64,000 bases of DNA, from positions 3,360,001 through 3,424,000 of the forward strand of contig OZ271854.1 of NCBI GenBank assembly GCA_965601925.1. Direction: 5' to 3'. The first letter of the stretch is position 1. Each line of letters starts with the position of its first letter. The translations under genes and the position numbers were made by a program. This DNA comes from Alkalispirochaeta sp. GTDB taxonomy: Bacteria > Spirochaetota > Spirochaetia > DSM-27196 > Alkalispirochaetaceae. Positions 31,460 to 40,073 of this stretch are shown here, piece after piece. The notes beneath the pieces were generated by a model, which worked only from the letters and a program-made list of their open reading frames with translations, was not told the origin of the DNA and did no database searches.

Positions 31460-32146
31460 TTACACAAATTTGGAGAGCGTGCGAGCGTCGATCTGCGTGC
31501 GTTCGTTCGCGCGACGCCGTGCGACTACGGCTACCGCCTGAGTTCGGTTGTGGACACCCAGCTTGGCAAAGATGCTGCTCAGGTGAAACTTAACCGTATT
31601 GACCGAGATATCGAGCTCCTCGGCGATCTCGCGATTGGACAAGCCGCGGTGGAGTGTCTCATACACCGCGCTCTCGGCGGGGCTCAAGTCCGTACGCAAC
31701 GGTGCATTCGTCACGTTCGGCGACCGAAGTACGGGCGGTGCGGTATGTTCCTCGCCGCCCGGTAGCGGTGCGGTAACGTTTAATCCGGCGAGAACCGCGT
31801 GGAGTGCGGCTGGTAAGCGCCGCTCGACGTCGCGACGATCGAGGAGCGCCGCAACGGGGGGCGTAGGCCACACGTCGTTCCGCGCGATCGAGAGGTCCTC
31901 GACAACGACGATGAGCGGCGGAACGAGAAGGTTCTCCGGCGGTGCGACGAGGGCGGTGGGAATTGAGGTCGCGACGATGAGGTCACTCCGCTCGAAGAGT
32001 GCCTCCTCATCGCCGACATCGAGTGACCAGCCGTATTGCGTCGCGGCCCTTCGCAGAATCCCGTGGAGCTGTCCGTCGGGAATGCCGTCCGCCGCCAGGA
32101 CGAGACGAACTATCCCATCATGTTCATCGTGGACCATCGCCGCCAC
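31460..32146 (-). CDS. LuxR/NarL-type HTH regulator with degenerate receiver
   Basis: GLSNREIAEELDISVNTVKFHLSSIFAKLGVHNRTQAV; no canonical receiver acidic pocket or Lys. Confidence 0.85.
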   Translation of the reverse strand: MAAMVHDEHDGIVRLVLAADGIPDGQLHGILRRAATQYGWSLDVGDEEALFERSDLIVATSIPTALVAPPENLLVPPLIVVVEDLSIARNDVWPTPPVAALLDRRDVERRLPAALHAVLAGLNVTAPLPGGEEHTAPPVLRSPNVTNAPLRTDLSPAESAVYETLHRGLSNREIAEELDISVNTVKFHLSSIFAKLGVHNRTQAVAVVARRRANERTQIDARTLSKFV

Positions 32147-33114
32147 GGTCTCCTCCCGCGACGACCGCCTCGTGCGTTCCCGTGCGTCTCTTGGTCCGAC
32201 GTCATCTCGCCGAGCGTCACCGACACGGTAGTCGGTTCTCCGGCGCGCACGATCCCGAGCGTCACCTCCTCGCCGCTCTCGCGTCCGTATAATCGGTGTG
32301 CGAGGCTGTGAGGACCGTCGACCTGCTCGTCGTCGATATGCGTGATAATGTCTCCGTAACGCAGTCCCGCTTGAGCCGCCGCACTGTCGTCCCCTACCGT
32401 AAGAACCACCGCCGCACTTCCCGTTTCTCCATCGCGGGGGAGGGTGATGGGCTCGGTCGTGACTCCGAGCACGCCCCGCCGACCTCGATGTGGGGGTGCG
32501 CTCCCCTCCAGAATCGCCGCGATTTGATCGATCGGGAGCACGACGCTGTCGTTACCGCCCCGACCGGGAAGCGTCATACCGGTGATTGAGCCCACCGCAT
32601 CGAAGACGGGGGCGCCGGCAAACCCGGGAAAGGCGGCGCTGTCGGTCTGAAAGTAGCTTCCGTCGCTTCCGATGCAGCGCACGATTCCCAGTCGCGCTTC
32701 GACGCCTTCGGGAGAGGGAAACGCCACCGTTATCGCGACGCTTCCGACCTTCATATCCGACGCATTCGTGTCGGAGGACGCGGTCGATTTCAGCGCCCGA
32801 ATTGCCTCGGTAAGCTCTGCGGGTGTCGACTCGGCGTCGGACGACGCAGCCTGCGGCGGTGATGACGTCAGGAGCGCCATGTTGACTCCGGGCCAAAATC
32901 GTACGACGCGCCCCTCGATACCCTCTTCCGGAGCGTCGGCACGGACGATGGTGACGTGCTCACCCGCTTCGGCCTCGATGGTCGGCGTAAGATAGAGTCC
33001 ACCTCCTATGGCCACGGCACTCCGCGGTGCGGCGCCGGGGGCGCTCACCATGGCTACCGCCGGGCGCGCCGCCTCGACGAGCTCCGAGAACCCCTGTGAT
33101 AGTTCTTGCATCAT
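32110..33114 (-). CDS. HtrA/S1C-like trypsin-fold plus PDZ protein, catalytic Ser absent
   Basis: FQTDSAAFPGFAGAPVFD in place of PGNSGGPL; PDZ LGV...SAAAQAGLRYGDIIT. Confidence 0.8.
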   Translation of the reverse strand: MMQELSQGFSELVEAARPAVAMVSAPGAAPRSAVAIGGGLYLTPTIEAEAGEHVTIVRADAPEEGIEGRVVRFWPGVNMALLTSSPPQAASSDAESTPAELTEAIRALKSTASSDTNASDMKVGSVAITVAFPSPEGVEARLGIVRCIGSDGSYFQTDSAAFPGFAGAPVFDAVGSITGMTLPGRGGNDSVVLPIDQIAAILEGSAPPHRGRRGVLGVTTEPITLPRDGETGSAAVVLTVGDDSAAAQAGLRYGDIITHIDDEQVDGPHSLAHRLYGRESGEEVTLGIVRAGEPTTVSVTLGEMTSDQETHGNARGGRRGRRPWRRWSTMNMMG

Positions 33115-33205
33115 GTATCATCTCCTTTCGCCCTTCCTATACCTCGATATCGAGGGGACGGCGATCCGTATGGAGAGAGGATAACGACGGCACAAAAGAG
33201 CGACA

Positions 33206-33221
33206 CCACCCGGATGGGTGG
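33206..33221. promoter_or_regulatory. Inverted repeat, candidate LuxR/NarL box
   Basis: CCACCC-GGAT-GGGTGG upstream of the protease-LuxR operon; second palindrome CCTCGATATCGAGG at 33142-33155. Confidence 0.45.
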
Positions 33222-33259
33222 GACCGGATACGTCGAGGGTACCGAATGGAGACGCGACC

Positions 33260-34414
33260 TCAGATGGCCAGGCGCATCTGCGTGGCGGTCTCTTCTCTCC
33301 GCTCGTCACGTTGCATGTCGGCGCCGAATCGTATTCCTACCTCCGAACACGCCTGCTCTACGTATGAAAGGTAATAGGTCCCCAGCATCGTATCCAATTG
33401 AGTCGGATTTTCCGTCTGATAGAAGTGTGCCAACGGCACTCGGCGAACGTTCCGTTCGCGCTTGGTAATGAGCTGCCGTCTACTCTCGTATCCTACCAGC
33501 CCCTTGTTGGTCACCGTTACCTGCATTTGGGGGCCCCGCTGGGGATTGTACGGATTGCCGGAGAACCGGTAGTTGAGACTGAGCAGACTGTTACTCGCCG
33601 CAGCGCGTTGGAACAGCTTCTCGCGGAACTCGGGACGGGCGAGGCGCGATGAGAGCTCATGTGGATGGGTGCGGATGTACTGATCTCGCTCGGCGAAGTT
33701 GAGAATCTGGGTTCGTTCGGCGTACTCCAGGAGCTCCATGAGCATTAATGCGATGTAGTCTGCGATCCGAAAACGGTTGGTATACATGAGTACCAGCTCC
33801 TGAATCGACCGCATGAGTTCCCGGCGGTCATGGGCGTCGGGGAGCACCGACAGGAGAAACCACGTCTCTCCGTCGATCGCGCTGATGATCTTGCGAATCA
33901 GCGCGATCCGCTCGGCGCGTTCATCCTCGCGCATGTCGCCGTCCTTCCGTATCTCCGTTACCGGTTCCAGGAGGAGACTGTGGCGGAGGACGCGAATCGA
34001 CCGCTCGTTCGTCTTGAGGTAATCCTGCATGTGGTGCGGCGAGGTCTCGGCGACGCGCTCTCGAATCAGCTCGAACGCCGAGCTCTCGCGGATGCGCTGT
34101 TTCAACTCCGGGCGAAATCGTTTCTCGAGCATCCCGATTACCGTTTGGCGCGTCACGGCCATAATAGCGCTCCGGCGAGTGAGGAACTCCGTCCGTTCGA
34201 TCTCGATTTCGTCAAGTAGTTCGTAGGCGACGAAGCGTTTCACGTTCTCCGGATCGTAGCGTCGCCATACGATGCCGCTGCCGCGATTGCCCTGCCGAGT
34301 GCGCAGCTCGCGTAGTGGAATCCGGCGGCGCGTGCAGTACTGAATGCCCGACTCGGTGAGAAGGTACTTGCCCGGTAAATCGACCATCTCGGCGCCCGGT
34401 ATTTGCGCAGCCAC
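33260..34414 (-). CDS. Hypothetical protein with possible degenerate GHKL/anti-sigma-like C-terminus
   Basis: LMLMELLEYAE, VTVTNKG, LGTYYL resemble N, G1 and G2 boxes; 3 bp downstream of the STAS gene. Confidence 0.6.
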   Translation of the reverse strand: MAAQIPGAEMVDLPGKYLLTESGIQYCTRRRIPLRELRTRQGNRGSGIVWRRYDPENVKRFVAYELLDEIEIERTEFLTRRSAIMAVTRQTVIGMLEKRFRPELKQRIRESSAFELIRERVAETSPHHMQDYLKTNERSIRVLRHSLLLEPVTEIRKDGDMREDERAERIALIRKIISAIDGETWFLLSVLPDAHDRRELMRSIQELVLMYTNRFRIADYIALMLMELLEYAERTQILNFAERDQYIRTHPHELSSRLARPEFREKLFQRAAASNSLLSLNYRFSGNPYNPQRGPQMQVTVTNKGLVGYESRRQLITKRERNVRRVPLAHFYQTENPTQLDTMLGTYYLSYVEQACSEVGIRFGADMQRDERREETATQMRLAI

Positions 34415-34417
34415 GGG

Positions 34418-34786
34418 TCACGCCCCGTTAAGAGCGGTGTGAATCGCCGCGATGCTCTCCGCCTCCGTATCGTCGATCGAGAAGGCCGAAACCAGATTGG
34501 TGAAGGTTAACACGTCGCGAACCGTGTTCGACATTTGGCAGAGGCGCATCGGGAGGCGCTCGGAGAGGCGGTAGTGGAGGTTGACGAATACCCCGACGCC
34601 CGAGCTGTCGATGTAGGGCACGTCGGCAAATGAGAAGATCATCCCCCTCGGGCGGTTCGTATCGACCCACTCCATGATGCTCGATCGAATCGTTTCGGCC
34701 TGGTACAGCTCGATACGATCGAGAAAACGAACGATTCCGATACCGTCGACATCCTCGATTTCAAATAGGGAATCGCTGTGGCTCAT
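34418..34786 (-). CDS. STAS-domain anti-sigma factor antagonist
   Basis: VPYIDSSGVGVF motif with the phosphorylatable Ser. Confidence 0.9.
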   Translation of the reverse strand: MSHSDSLFEIEDVDGIGIVRFLDRIELYQAETIRSSIMEWVDTNRPRGMIFSFADVPYIDSSGVGVFVNLHYRLSERLPMRLCQMSNTVRDVLTFTNLVSAFSIDDTEAESIAAIHTALNGA

Positions 34787-34952
34787 ATTGCAACGGTGGC
34801 AGGGGATTGTCAGTTTTTCGTCAGGACGCTCCATCTGCCGCACGGCGGGTGAACCGACGGAACGATAACCACTCCCCCGGCCTCTTCATCGGAGACGTGC
34901 ACAGAGAGGCGGTCGCCCTAAACTGGCCGTGCGTCCCGTTGTCGGGATGGTG

Positions 34953-35762
34953 TCATGCTCCCGCAGCGCTCCCGGGCGACGAGCTTTTGAGAAAGCGCGA
35001 CAGTACCGGCAGGAGAGCCTTCGCGTTCACCATATGATCTTGCCCGGCGAGTCGCTCGAGTCGCGAACCGGGGATCGCCTGCGCCAGTTGGTCTGCAACG
35101 CGGTGAATTGACGCGGGGCTCTTCTCTCCCACGACGATTTGTGTCGGTACGGTGAGCGTTGCGGCCCGCTCCACCGGCGGAAGGTCTTTGGTAAGGGCGA
35201 TGTCGTAGGCGAGCGTGGGCGCCAAGGCACGCATCGTCTTCCAACCGGGGAAGAGGGGCAGGAGCCACGCAAATAGACGGGGCATGCCGATTCCTATGAG
35301 GAATGTGCGCAGCGCCTTTGCAGGCGTACCGGCGTTGAGGAGGGCGTGCACCTCGCGGCTCAACTCGTCATAGCTCCGTCGTTCCGCTTCGTCGTGAACG
35401 TACGACGGGTCGTAGACTACGACCCGTTCGACCGAGCCGCTGAGGCGCAAGGCGGCCTCAAGAGCCAAGACGGCGCCCGACGAGTGGCCGTAGAGGTACG
35501 CCGTGCCGCCGGCGGCCTCGATCATTGCTTCGATGTCTTCGATTTCGCGCTCCAGTGCGTAGGGCGGCGTATCTCCGCTGTCGCCGCGCCCCCGACGGTC
35601 GTAGTTGTAGACGGTAAACTCCGAGGCAAAGGCAAGAGCGTCCTCGCGGATCGGAGCGTATGAGCGGAAACAGGTTGCTCCGGCAATGTAGATGAGGGGC
35701 GGTCCATCGCCGAACGTGTCGTAGGCCAGGATCGTTCCATCTTTCGATCGCGTCGTCTCCAT
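34953..35762 (-). CDS. Alpha/beta hydrolase
   Basis: YDRRGRGDSGD, GHSSG nucleophile elbow, GQDH. Confidence 0.92.
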   Translation of the reverse strand: METTRSKDGTILAYDTFGDGPPLIYIAGATCFRSYAPIREDALAFASEFTVYNYDRRGRGDSGDTPPYALEREIEDIEAMIEAAGGTAYLYGHSSGAVLALEAALRLSGSVERVVVYDPSYVHDEAERRSYDELSREVHALLNAGTPAKALRTFLIGIGMPRLFAWLLPLFPGWKTMRALAPTLAYDIALTKDLPPVERAATLTVPTQIVVGEKSPASIHRVADQLAQAIPGSRLERLAGQDHMVNAKALLPVLSRFLKSSSPGSAAGA

Positions 35763-35795
35763 AGTTGTGCCTCCTTATGAACGCTCGCATTCTGA

Positions 35796-35822
35796 AAATG
35801 AACTGGACGGTCCAGTTCATTT
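35796..35822. promoter_or_regulatory. Perfect 13-bp inverted repeat, likely TetR operator
   Basis: AAATGAACTGGAC-G-GTCCAGTTCATTT between the divergent hydrolase and TetR genes. Confidence 0.8.
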
Positions 35823-35889
35823 GCTTGAATCAAACTACACCGTCTGGTACTATTCGTCAACGAAAAACATGCAATCGGAAGAGAAGCGT

Positions 35890-36534
35890 ATGAAAGACGA
35901 AGGAGTTCCCGCGCTCACGGGGCGCTCGGCCCGAAAACACCGCGCGATACTGGAAGCCGCTACGGATATTTTTCTCGCAAAGGGATATCGCGACACGAGC
36001 ATGGACGAGGTGGCCGCCGGCTCCGGCGTCTCGAAGCAGACGGTCTACAAGCACTTTTCGAGTAAGGAGGCGCTCTTCATCGAGATCGTAGAGCGCATGG
36101 CCCTCTCTACGGGCGATCGTGTGCTTGCGACGATCGCTCGCTCGGACGACGGACCGACGGATATCGCCGACGTTCTCTACAGCTATGCCCTGCGTCAACT
36201 TCAAGAGGTGCTCAAACCGCGACTCCTTCAGCTTCGCCGGGTCGTTATAGGGGAGGCGGGGCGCTTCCCCGAGCTCGCACGGAGCTTCTACGAGAACGGA
36301 CCTCAACGGGCGATCGATGCTATTGCGGGTTTGCTGCGCGACGCCGACTCACGGGGATTCCTCAGGATCGAGGATACCGACGCCGCGGCGGCGCAGTTTA
36401 ACTGGCTTCTCATGGGCGAGCCGCTCAATCGAGCCATGTTTCTTGCCGACGCATCGATTCCGAGCGAGGATGGCATGAGACGCAAGGCGCGCGCCGCCGT
36501 TCGGGTGATGATCGCGGCGTACGCCGTGGGCTGA
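35890..36534 (+). CDS. TetR/AcrR family regulator
   Basis: TSMDEVAAGSGVSKQTVYKHFSSKEALF; GEAGRFPELARSFYENGP; alternative start 35869. Confidence 0.93.
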   Translation: MKDEGVPALTGRSARKHRAILEAATDIFLAKGYRDTSMDEVAAGSGVSKQTVYKHFSSKEALFIEIVERMALSTGDRVLATIARSDDGPTDIADVLYSYALRQLQEVLKPRLLQLRRVVIGEAGRFPELARSFYENGPQRAIDAIAGLLRDADSRGFLRIEDTDAAAAQFNWLLMGEPLNRAMFLADASIPSEDGMRRKARAAVRVMIAAYAVG

Positions 36535-36712
36535 GAAACGCCCTGAGCACAAACGGCTCTTCGATGTCGGCGGCGCATCTACGGGGAGCTCCGTAGAGTA
36601 TGTTCACCCGGGTACGATATCATTCGTCGCGGCGCATCACCCGTGTTCCTCTCCGCACGCCTCGGACCGCCGACGATCTTGGACAAGCAGTACGGTGTGA
36701 GTACGATGTCGT

Positions 36713-37549
36713 ATGGGACCGGTCGAGAAGGCGTTGTGGTTCGTCGAGAGCCACTCGCGCGAACCTATTACGCTCGATACTATATCTCAGGCGTGCGGTG
36801 TATCGAAGTTTCATCTTTCGAGGGCGTTCACGGCGGTCACCGGATCGCCCATCATGCGATACCTTCGGAGTCGACGCCTGAGTATAGCGGCCCACAGGCT
36901 CGCCGACGGGGCGTCCGATATTCTGGACGTCGCCCTTGAAGCCGGCTACGCCTCCCATGAGGCGTTTACCCGGGCGTTTCATAGCCAGTTCGGCATCGTG
37001 CCGGAACGGGTTCGGTCACGCGGGACCACCTACGGCATCGACCTCACCGAAGCGATGAGCGTCCCGAGAGACGGCAATTCCGATATCGCCGATCCCGTTC
37101 TCACGCCCGTCGAGGGACTTCTGCTGGCCGGGACGAGCGCGCGCTACTCCCACAGCGCACCGGGCGGCATCCCCGGCCAGTGGCAGCGCTTTGCGACGTA
37201 TATAGCGAGTATACCCGGGCGAATCGGTGAGGATGCCTACGGCGCCGGCTATGACTTTGATGAGGAGGGGTGTTACTCCTATCTATGCGGTGTTGCAATC
37301 GCCGGTGATACTGCAGTGCCGCGCGAGTTCAGCCTCGTCGAGGTACCGAGCCAGTGGTATGCGGTTTTTACCCACAAAGACCACATCGGCGGGATCGGCG
37401 GCTCATACGCTGCGATCTGGCGGGACTGGGTTCCGGAACGGGCCTTCTCCATTGCCGACGCCCCTACGATCGAGCGCTACACGCCGAGCTTCGACGCGAC
37501 GACCGGGCGGGGAGGCGTGGAGATCCGGATTCCCCTCGACCGTGCCTGA
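36713..37549 (+). CDS. AraC family regulator with GyrI-like effector domain
   Basis: N-terminal double HTH (ILDVALEAGYASHEAFTRAF), C-terminal GyrI-like domain. Confidence 0.92.
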   Translation: MGPVEKALWFVESHSREPITLDTISQACGVSKFHLSRAFTAVTGSPIMRYLRSRRLSIAAHRLADGASDILDVALEAGYASHEAFTRAFHSQFGIVPERVRSRGTTYGIDLTEAMSVPRDGNSDIADPVLTPVEGLLLAGTSARYSHSAPGGIPGQWQRFATYIASIPGRIGEDAYGAGYDFDEEGCYSYLCGVAIAGDTAVPREFSLVEVPSQWYAVFTHKDHIGGIGGSYAAIWRDWVPERAFSIADAPTIERYTPSFDATTGRGGVEIRIPLDRA

Positions 37550-37598
37550 CCGTGCGTTCCGCACCGCTTGCCATCGTCGCACGATCGAACGCGATCGA

Positions 37599-37985
37599 TC
37601 ATAGCCGGATCACATACGACGTCACGGACCGCACCGTATTCGCTTTCGTATTCTTGAAGGCGTAAACCTCGCAGAAGGCCTGCCTCTCCCCGTTCCCGAG
37701 TCGGCGCTCACCGTTGACGGCTCCCTCCCTGCCGTGGGTGATGATCTCGTACACGACGAGCTCCCCTATCTCGGACGCCCTCAGCACTCGGAAGGCCTCA
37801 AGAACGGCCGACGCGCCCGCTACGGTTTTATCGCCGACCACATCAAGGCGGATATCGTCCGTGACATTCTCGGCGATGAAATCCAGATTTCCCTCGGCGT
37901 ATGCGATGTGCCAGTCTCTGAGGAACCGCTTTCTCGGCGAAGGGCCGATATCGGCGTGGACGGCAATGTTCGGCATGAGATTCAC
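37599..37985 (-). CDS. NTF2/SnoaL-like protein
   Basis: FIAENVTDDI, IITHGREGAVNG, FCEVYAF...TSYVI. Confidence 0.8.
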   Translation of the reverse strand: MNLMPNIAVHADIGPSPRKRFLRDWHIAYAEGNLDFIAENVTDDIRLDVVGDKTVAGASAVLEAFRVLRASEIGELVVYEIITHGREGAVNGERRLGNGERQAFCEVYAFKNTKANTVRSVTSYVIRL

Positions 37986-38052
37986 CCCCTTGTATTGAAC
38001 GACGAGCGTCTCGCGGATTTCGCGCAGAGGACGGGGACCATGGGGCGATAGC

Positions 38053-39039
38053 TCACGCTACCGGCTCCGCTTTTTGCCGCAGGTTGTTGAAGACCTTCCG
38101 GGGAACCCGCAGGCGCTCATCTTCGCCGTACAGCCTCGCAAGTTCGTCAAACCGTTCATCGGGCGAGCGCGTCAGCGCCGCAAGGCGGTCGTAGAAAGCG
38201 AGATCCTCTTCCGAGAACGTAATCTGCGCTCCGGGCGCGGCGCCCCACACGTCCCACGGGAGCATCTCCATCTTGTTCAACGCCGCCGCGTCGCGCACGA
38301 GGTTTCCGGCGATGAACCACAAGCCCCGCAAGCCCTCGTAGAAGCTGATTCCGAAGTGTTCGGGGTCCGCATGATCCTCGCGACAGCGCGTCCAGGCGTC
38401 GGCGGCGACGAGGAACCGTTCCCTCGATACATCGAGCACGTCCCAGTCGACTGCCAGCTTCTCTCGCCACACCTCGTCTAACTGGGCATCCACAACCACC
38501 CAGCGCGCCTGGTTCTCGTTCCAGTATTCGCACACCCAGTGATCTTCGTAGTGTCCGGAGCTGGTCGCAATCCTGACGGATTGCTGCTCGCCTCGGACGC
38601 GTACCGCAGAACTTGTCGAGGAACGCGTCCATGTGCGGCCGGGGCTGAAGTAGGTGGAAAAACCGCATCGGGCCCGTGCCGGGATTTCCTTGGCGCGGAG
38701 CATCGTCACGATGAGCTTGGTGAAGGCGTGGCACCGGCATCCGATCCTTTTGTCCGGCCCGCGGCGTGAGGAGAGCGGGCGGTCGTCGACGGCGACTATT
38801 CGATCGAACATCTCCCTTGCGGCGCGTACGTGGATGTCGGCGGCGCGCTCCTCAGAAAGAGCCACACCGTAGAAATCCCCCGCCACGACATCGTATATCC
38901 CGAGATGGTGCACAATCCGCACCATCTGCTCCACATCGACGGGAAGGTCCCGTAGCCGCGCGGCGTGTCCGCCCGCATCGGTCAGCGGACCGGGCGTCGC
39001 GTAGTAGTCGAGAATCCTCTTACGAGTCGTTATGTCCAT
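38053..39039 (-). CDS. Transglutaminase-like superfamily protein carrying a 28-aa insertion
   Basis: GCRCHAF (Cys), ARARCGFSTYF, DHWVCEYW (His), VDAQ (Asp). Confidence 0.85.
   Translation of the reverse strand: MDITTRKRILDYYATPGPLTDAGGHAARLRDLPVDVEQMVRIVHHLGIYDVVAGDFYGVALSEERAADIHVRAAREMFDRIVAVDDRPLSSRRGPDKRIGCRCHAFTKLIVTMLRAKEIPARARCGFSTYFSPGRTWTRSSTSSAVRVRGEQQSVRIATSSGHYEDHWVCEYWNENQARWVVVDAQLDEVWREKLAVDWDVLDVSRERFLVAADAWTRCREDHADPEHFGISFYEGLRGLWFIAGNLVRDAAALNKMEMLPWDVWGAAPGAQITFSEEDLAFYDRLAALTRSPDERFDELARLYGEDERLRVPRKVFNNLRQKAEPVA
38555..38647. repeat. 84-bp palindrome-rich in-frame insertion with 9-bp imperfect direct repeats
   Basis: CCGGAGCTG (38555) and CCGGGGCTG (38639); internal hairpins GCAATCC/GGATTGC and GGACGCGT/ACGCGTCC. 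Confidence 0.6.
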
Positions 39040-39178
39040 ACCGGCCCTCCTCGATTCGATACGTGCCCACAGTAACAGTCATCGGCGGCTCTCGTTTGAT
39101 AGTTCTTGCTCTTTTCGTAGTGGATCGTCGCGTTGCAAACGGCCCGACGATTGTGGCGTATACGTCTCCTCGGTCGAC

Positions 39179-39227
39179 TTGACATTGTCTCTTGCCGACC
39201 TTATAGTACCAATTAGTTCTGGTACTA
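39179..39227 (+). promoter_or_regulatory. Sigma70 promoter with overlapping ArsR-type operator
   Basis: TTGACA-N17-TATAGT; TAGTACCA-N8-TGGTACTA (39204-39227); AGGAGG RBS. Confidence 0.8.
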
Positions 39228-39238
39228 GGAGGTTCTAT

Positions 39239-39574
39239 ATGGTTGATACGCTCGATGCGACGTTCTCGGCCCTTGCGAATGCCACTCGTCGTGCCATTCT
39301 TGCCCGCTTGCGGGAGGGAGATGCCTCGGTCGCGGAGCTCGCCGGGCCCTTCTCGATGACCGTGCGGGCCGTTTCGAAGCACATTGCGGTCTTAGAAGCG
39401 GCGGGTCTTATCACAAAGCGCGTCGACGGCCAGCGTAGAGTGAGCACGATCCGTCTGGAGCCGATGCGCAGGGTCGATGTGTGGCTTACGGAGTATCGCC
39501 GCGTGTGGGAGCACCGTTTCGATGCTCTCGAAGAACAGCTGTCCTACGAGAAAGGAGAGGGCGATGAACACTGA
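39239..39574 (+). CDS. ArsR/SmtB family regulator
   Basis: FSALANATRRAIL, AVSKHIAVLEAAGLI. Confidence 0.92.
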   Translation: MVDTLDATFSALANATRRAILARLREGDASVAELAGPFSMTVRAVSKHIAVLEAAGLITKRVDGQRRVSTIRLEPMRRVDVWLTEYRRVWEHRFDALEEQLSYEKGEGDEH

Positions 39575-40073
39575 TAGGTACGCCGATACGCACACGATCC
39601 ATATCGAGCGGAGCTTCGCCGCGGCCCGAGAGCGTGTGTTTCGATACTGGGTCGACGCGGAAGCGATGCGTCTCTGGTTTGCACCGAAGGGCTACACGAC
39701 GATATCGACGAGCGTCGACGCGCGACCGGGCGGGAGCTGGGACATTCGTTTTCGGTCGGATTCTCACCCCGACGAAGTGTACGACGAGTTCGGTATCTTT
39801 CGCGAGATTATCGCTCCCGCGCGTGTCGTGTTTACCTTGACTCAGCGGGATCGCCACGGCAATGCGGGTCCCGAGACGATGGTCACCGTCGAGTTGACCG
39901 ATACGGGAACCGGCACGCATATGCGCTTTACTCAAACGGGATTCGACTCAATTACCGTACGGGACGCCCATATCGTGGGTCTACACAGCTGTTTCGATAA
40001 GATCGACTTCGATCTTGCCCGTCGTGGAGTAACGGTGTCGGGCGGGCCGTCGGGCCCGGAGGGCCAGCAATGA
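39564..40073 (+). CDS. SRPBCC/AHSA1 domain protein
   Basis: IERSFAAARERVF..W, VDARPGG, ETMVTVEL; typical ArsR partner. Confidence 0.9.
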   Translation: MNTDRYADTHTIHIERSFAAARERVFRYWVDAEAMRLWFAPKGYTTISTSVDARPGGSWDIRFRSDSHPDEVYDEFGIFREIIAPARVVFTLTQRDRHGNAGPETMVTVELTDTGTGTHMRFTQTGFDSITVRDAHIVGLHSCFDKIDFDLARRGVTVSGGPSGPEGQQ

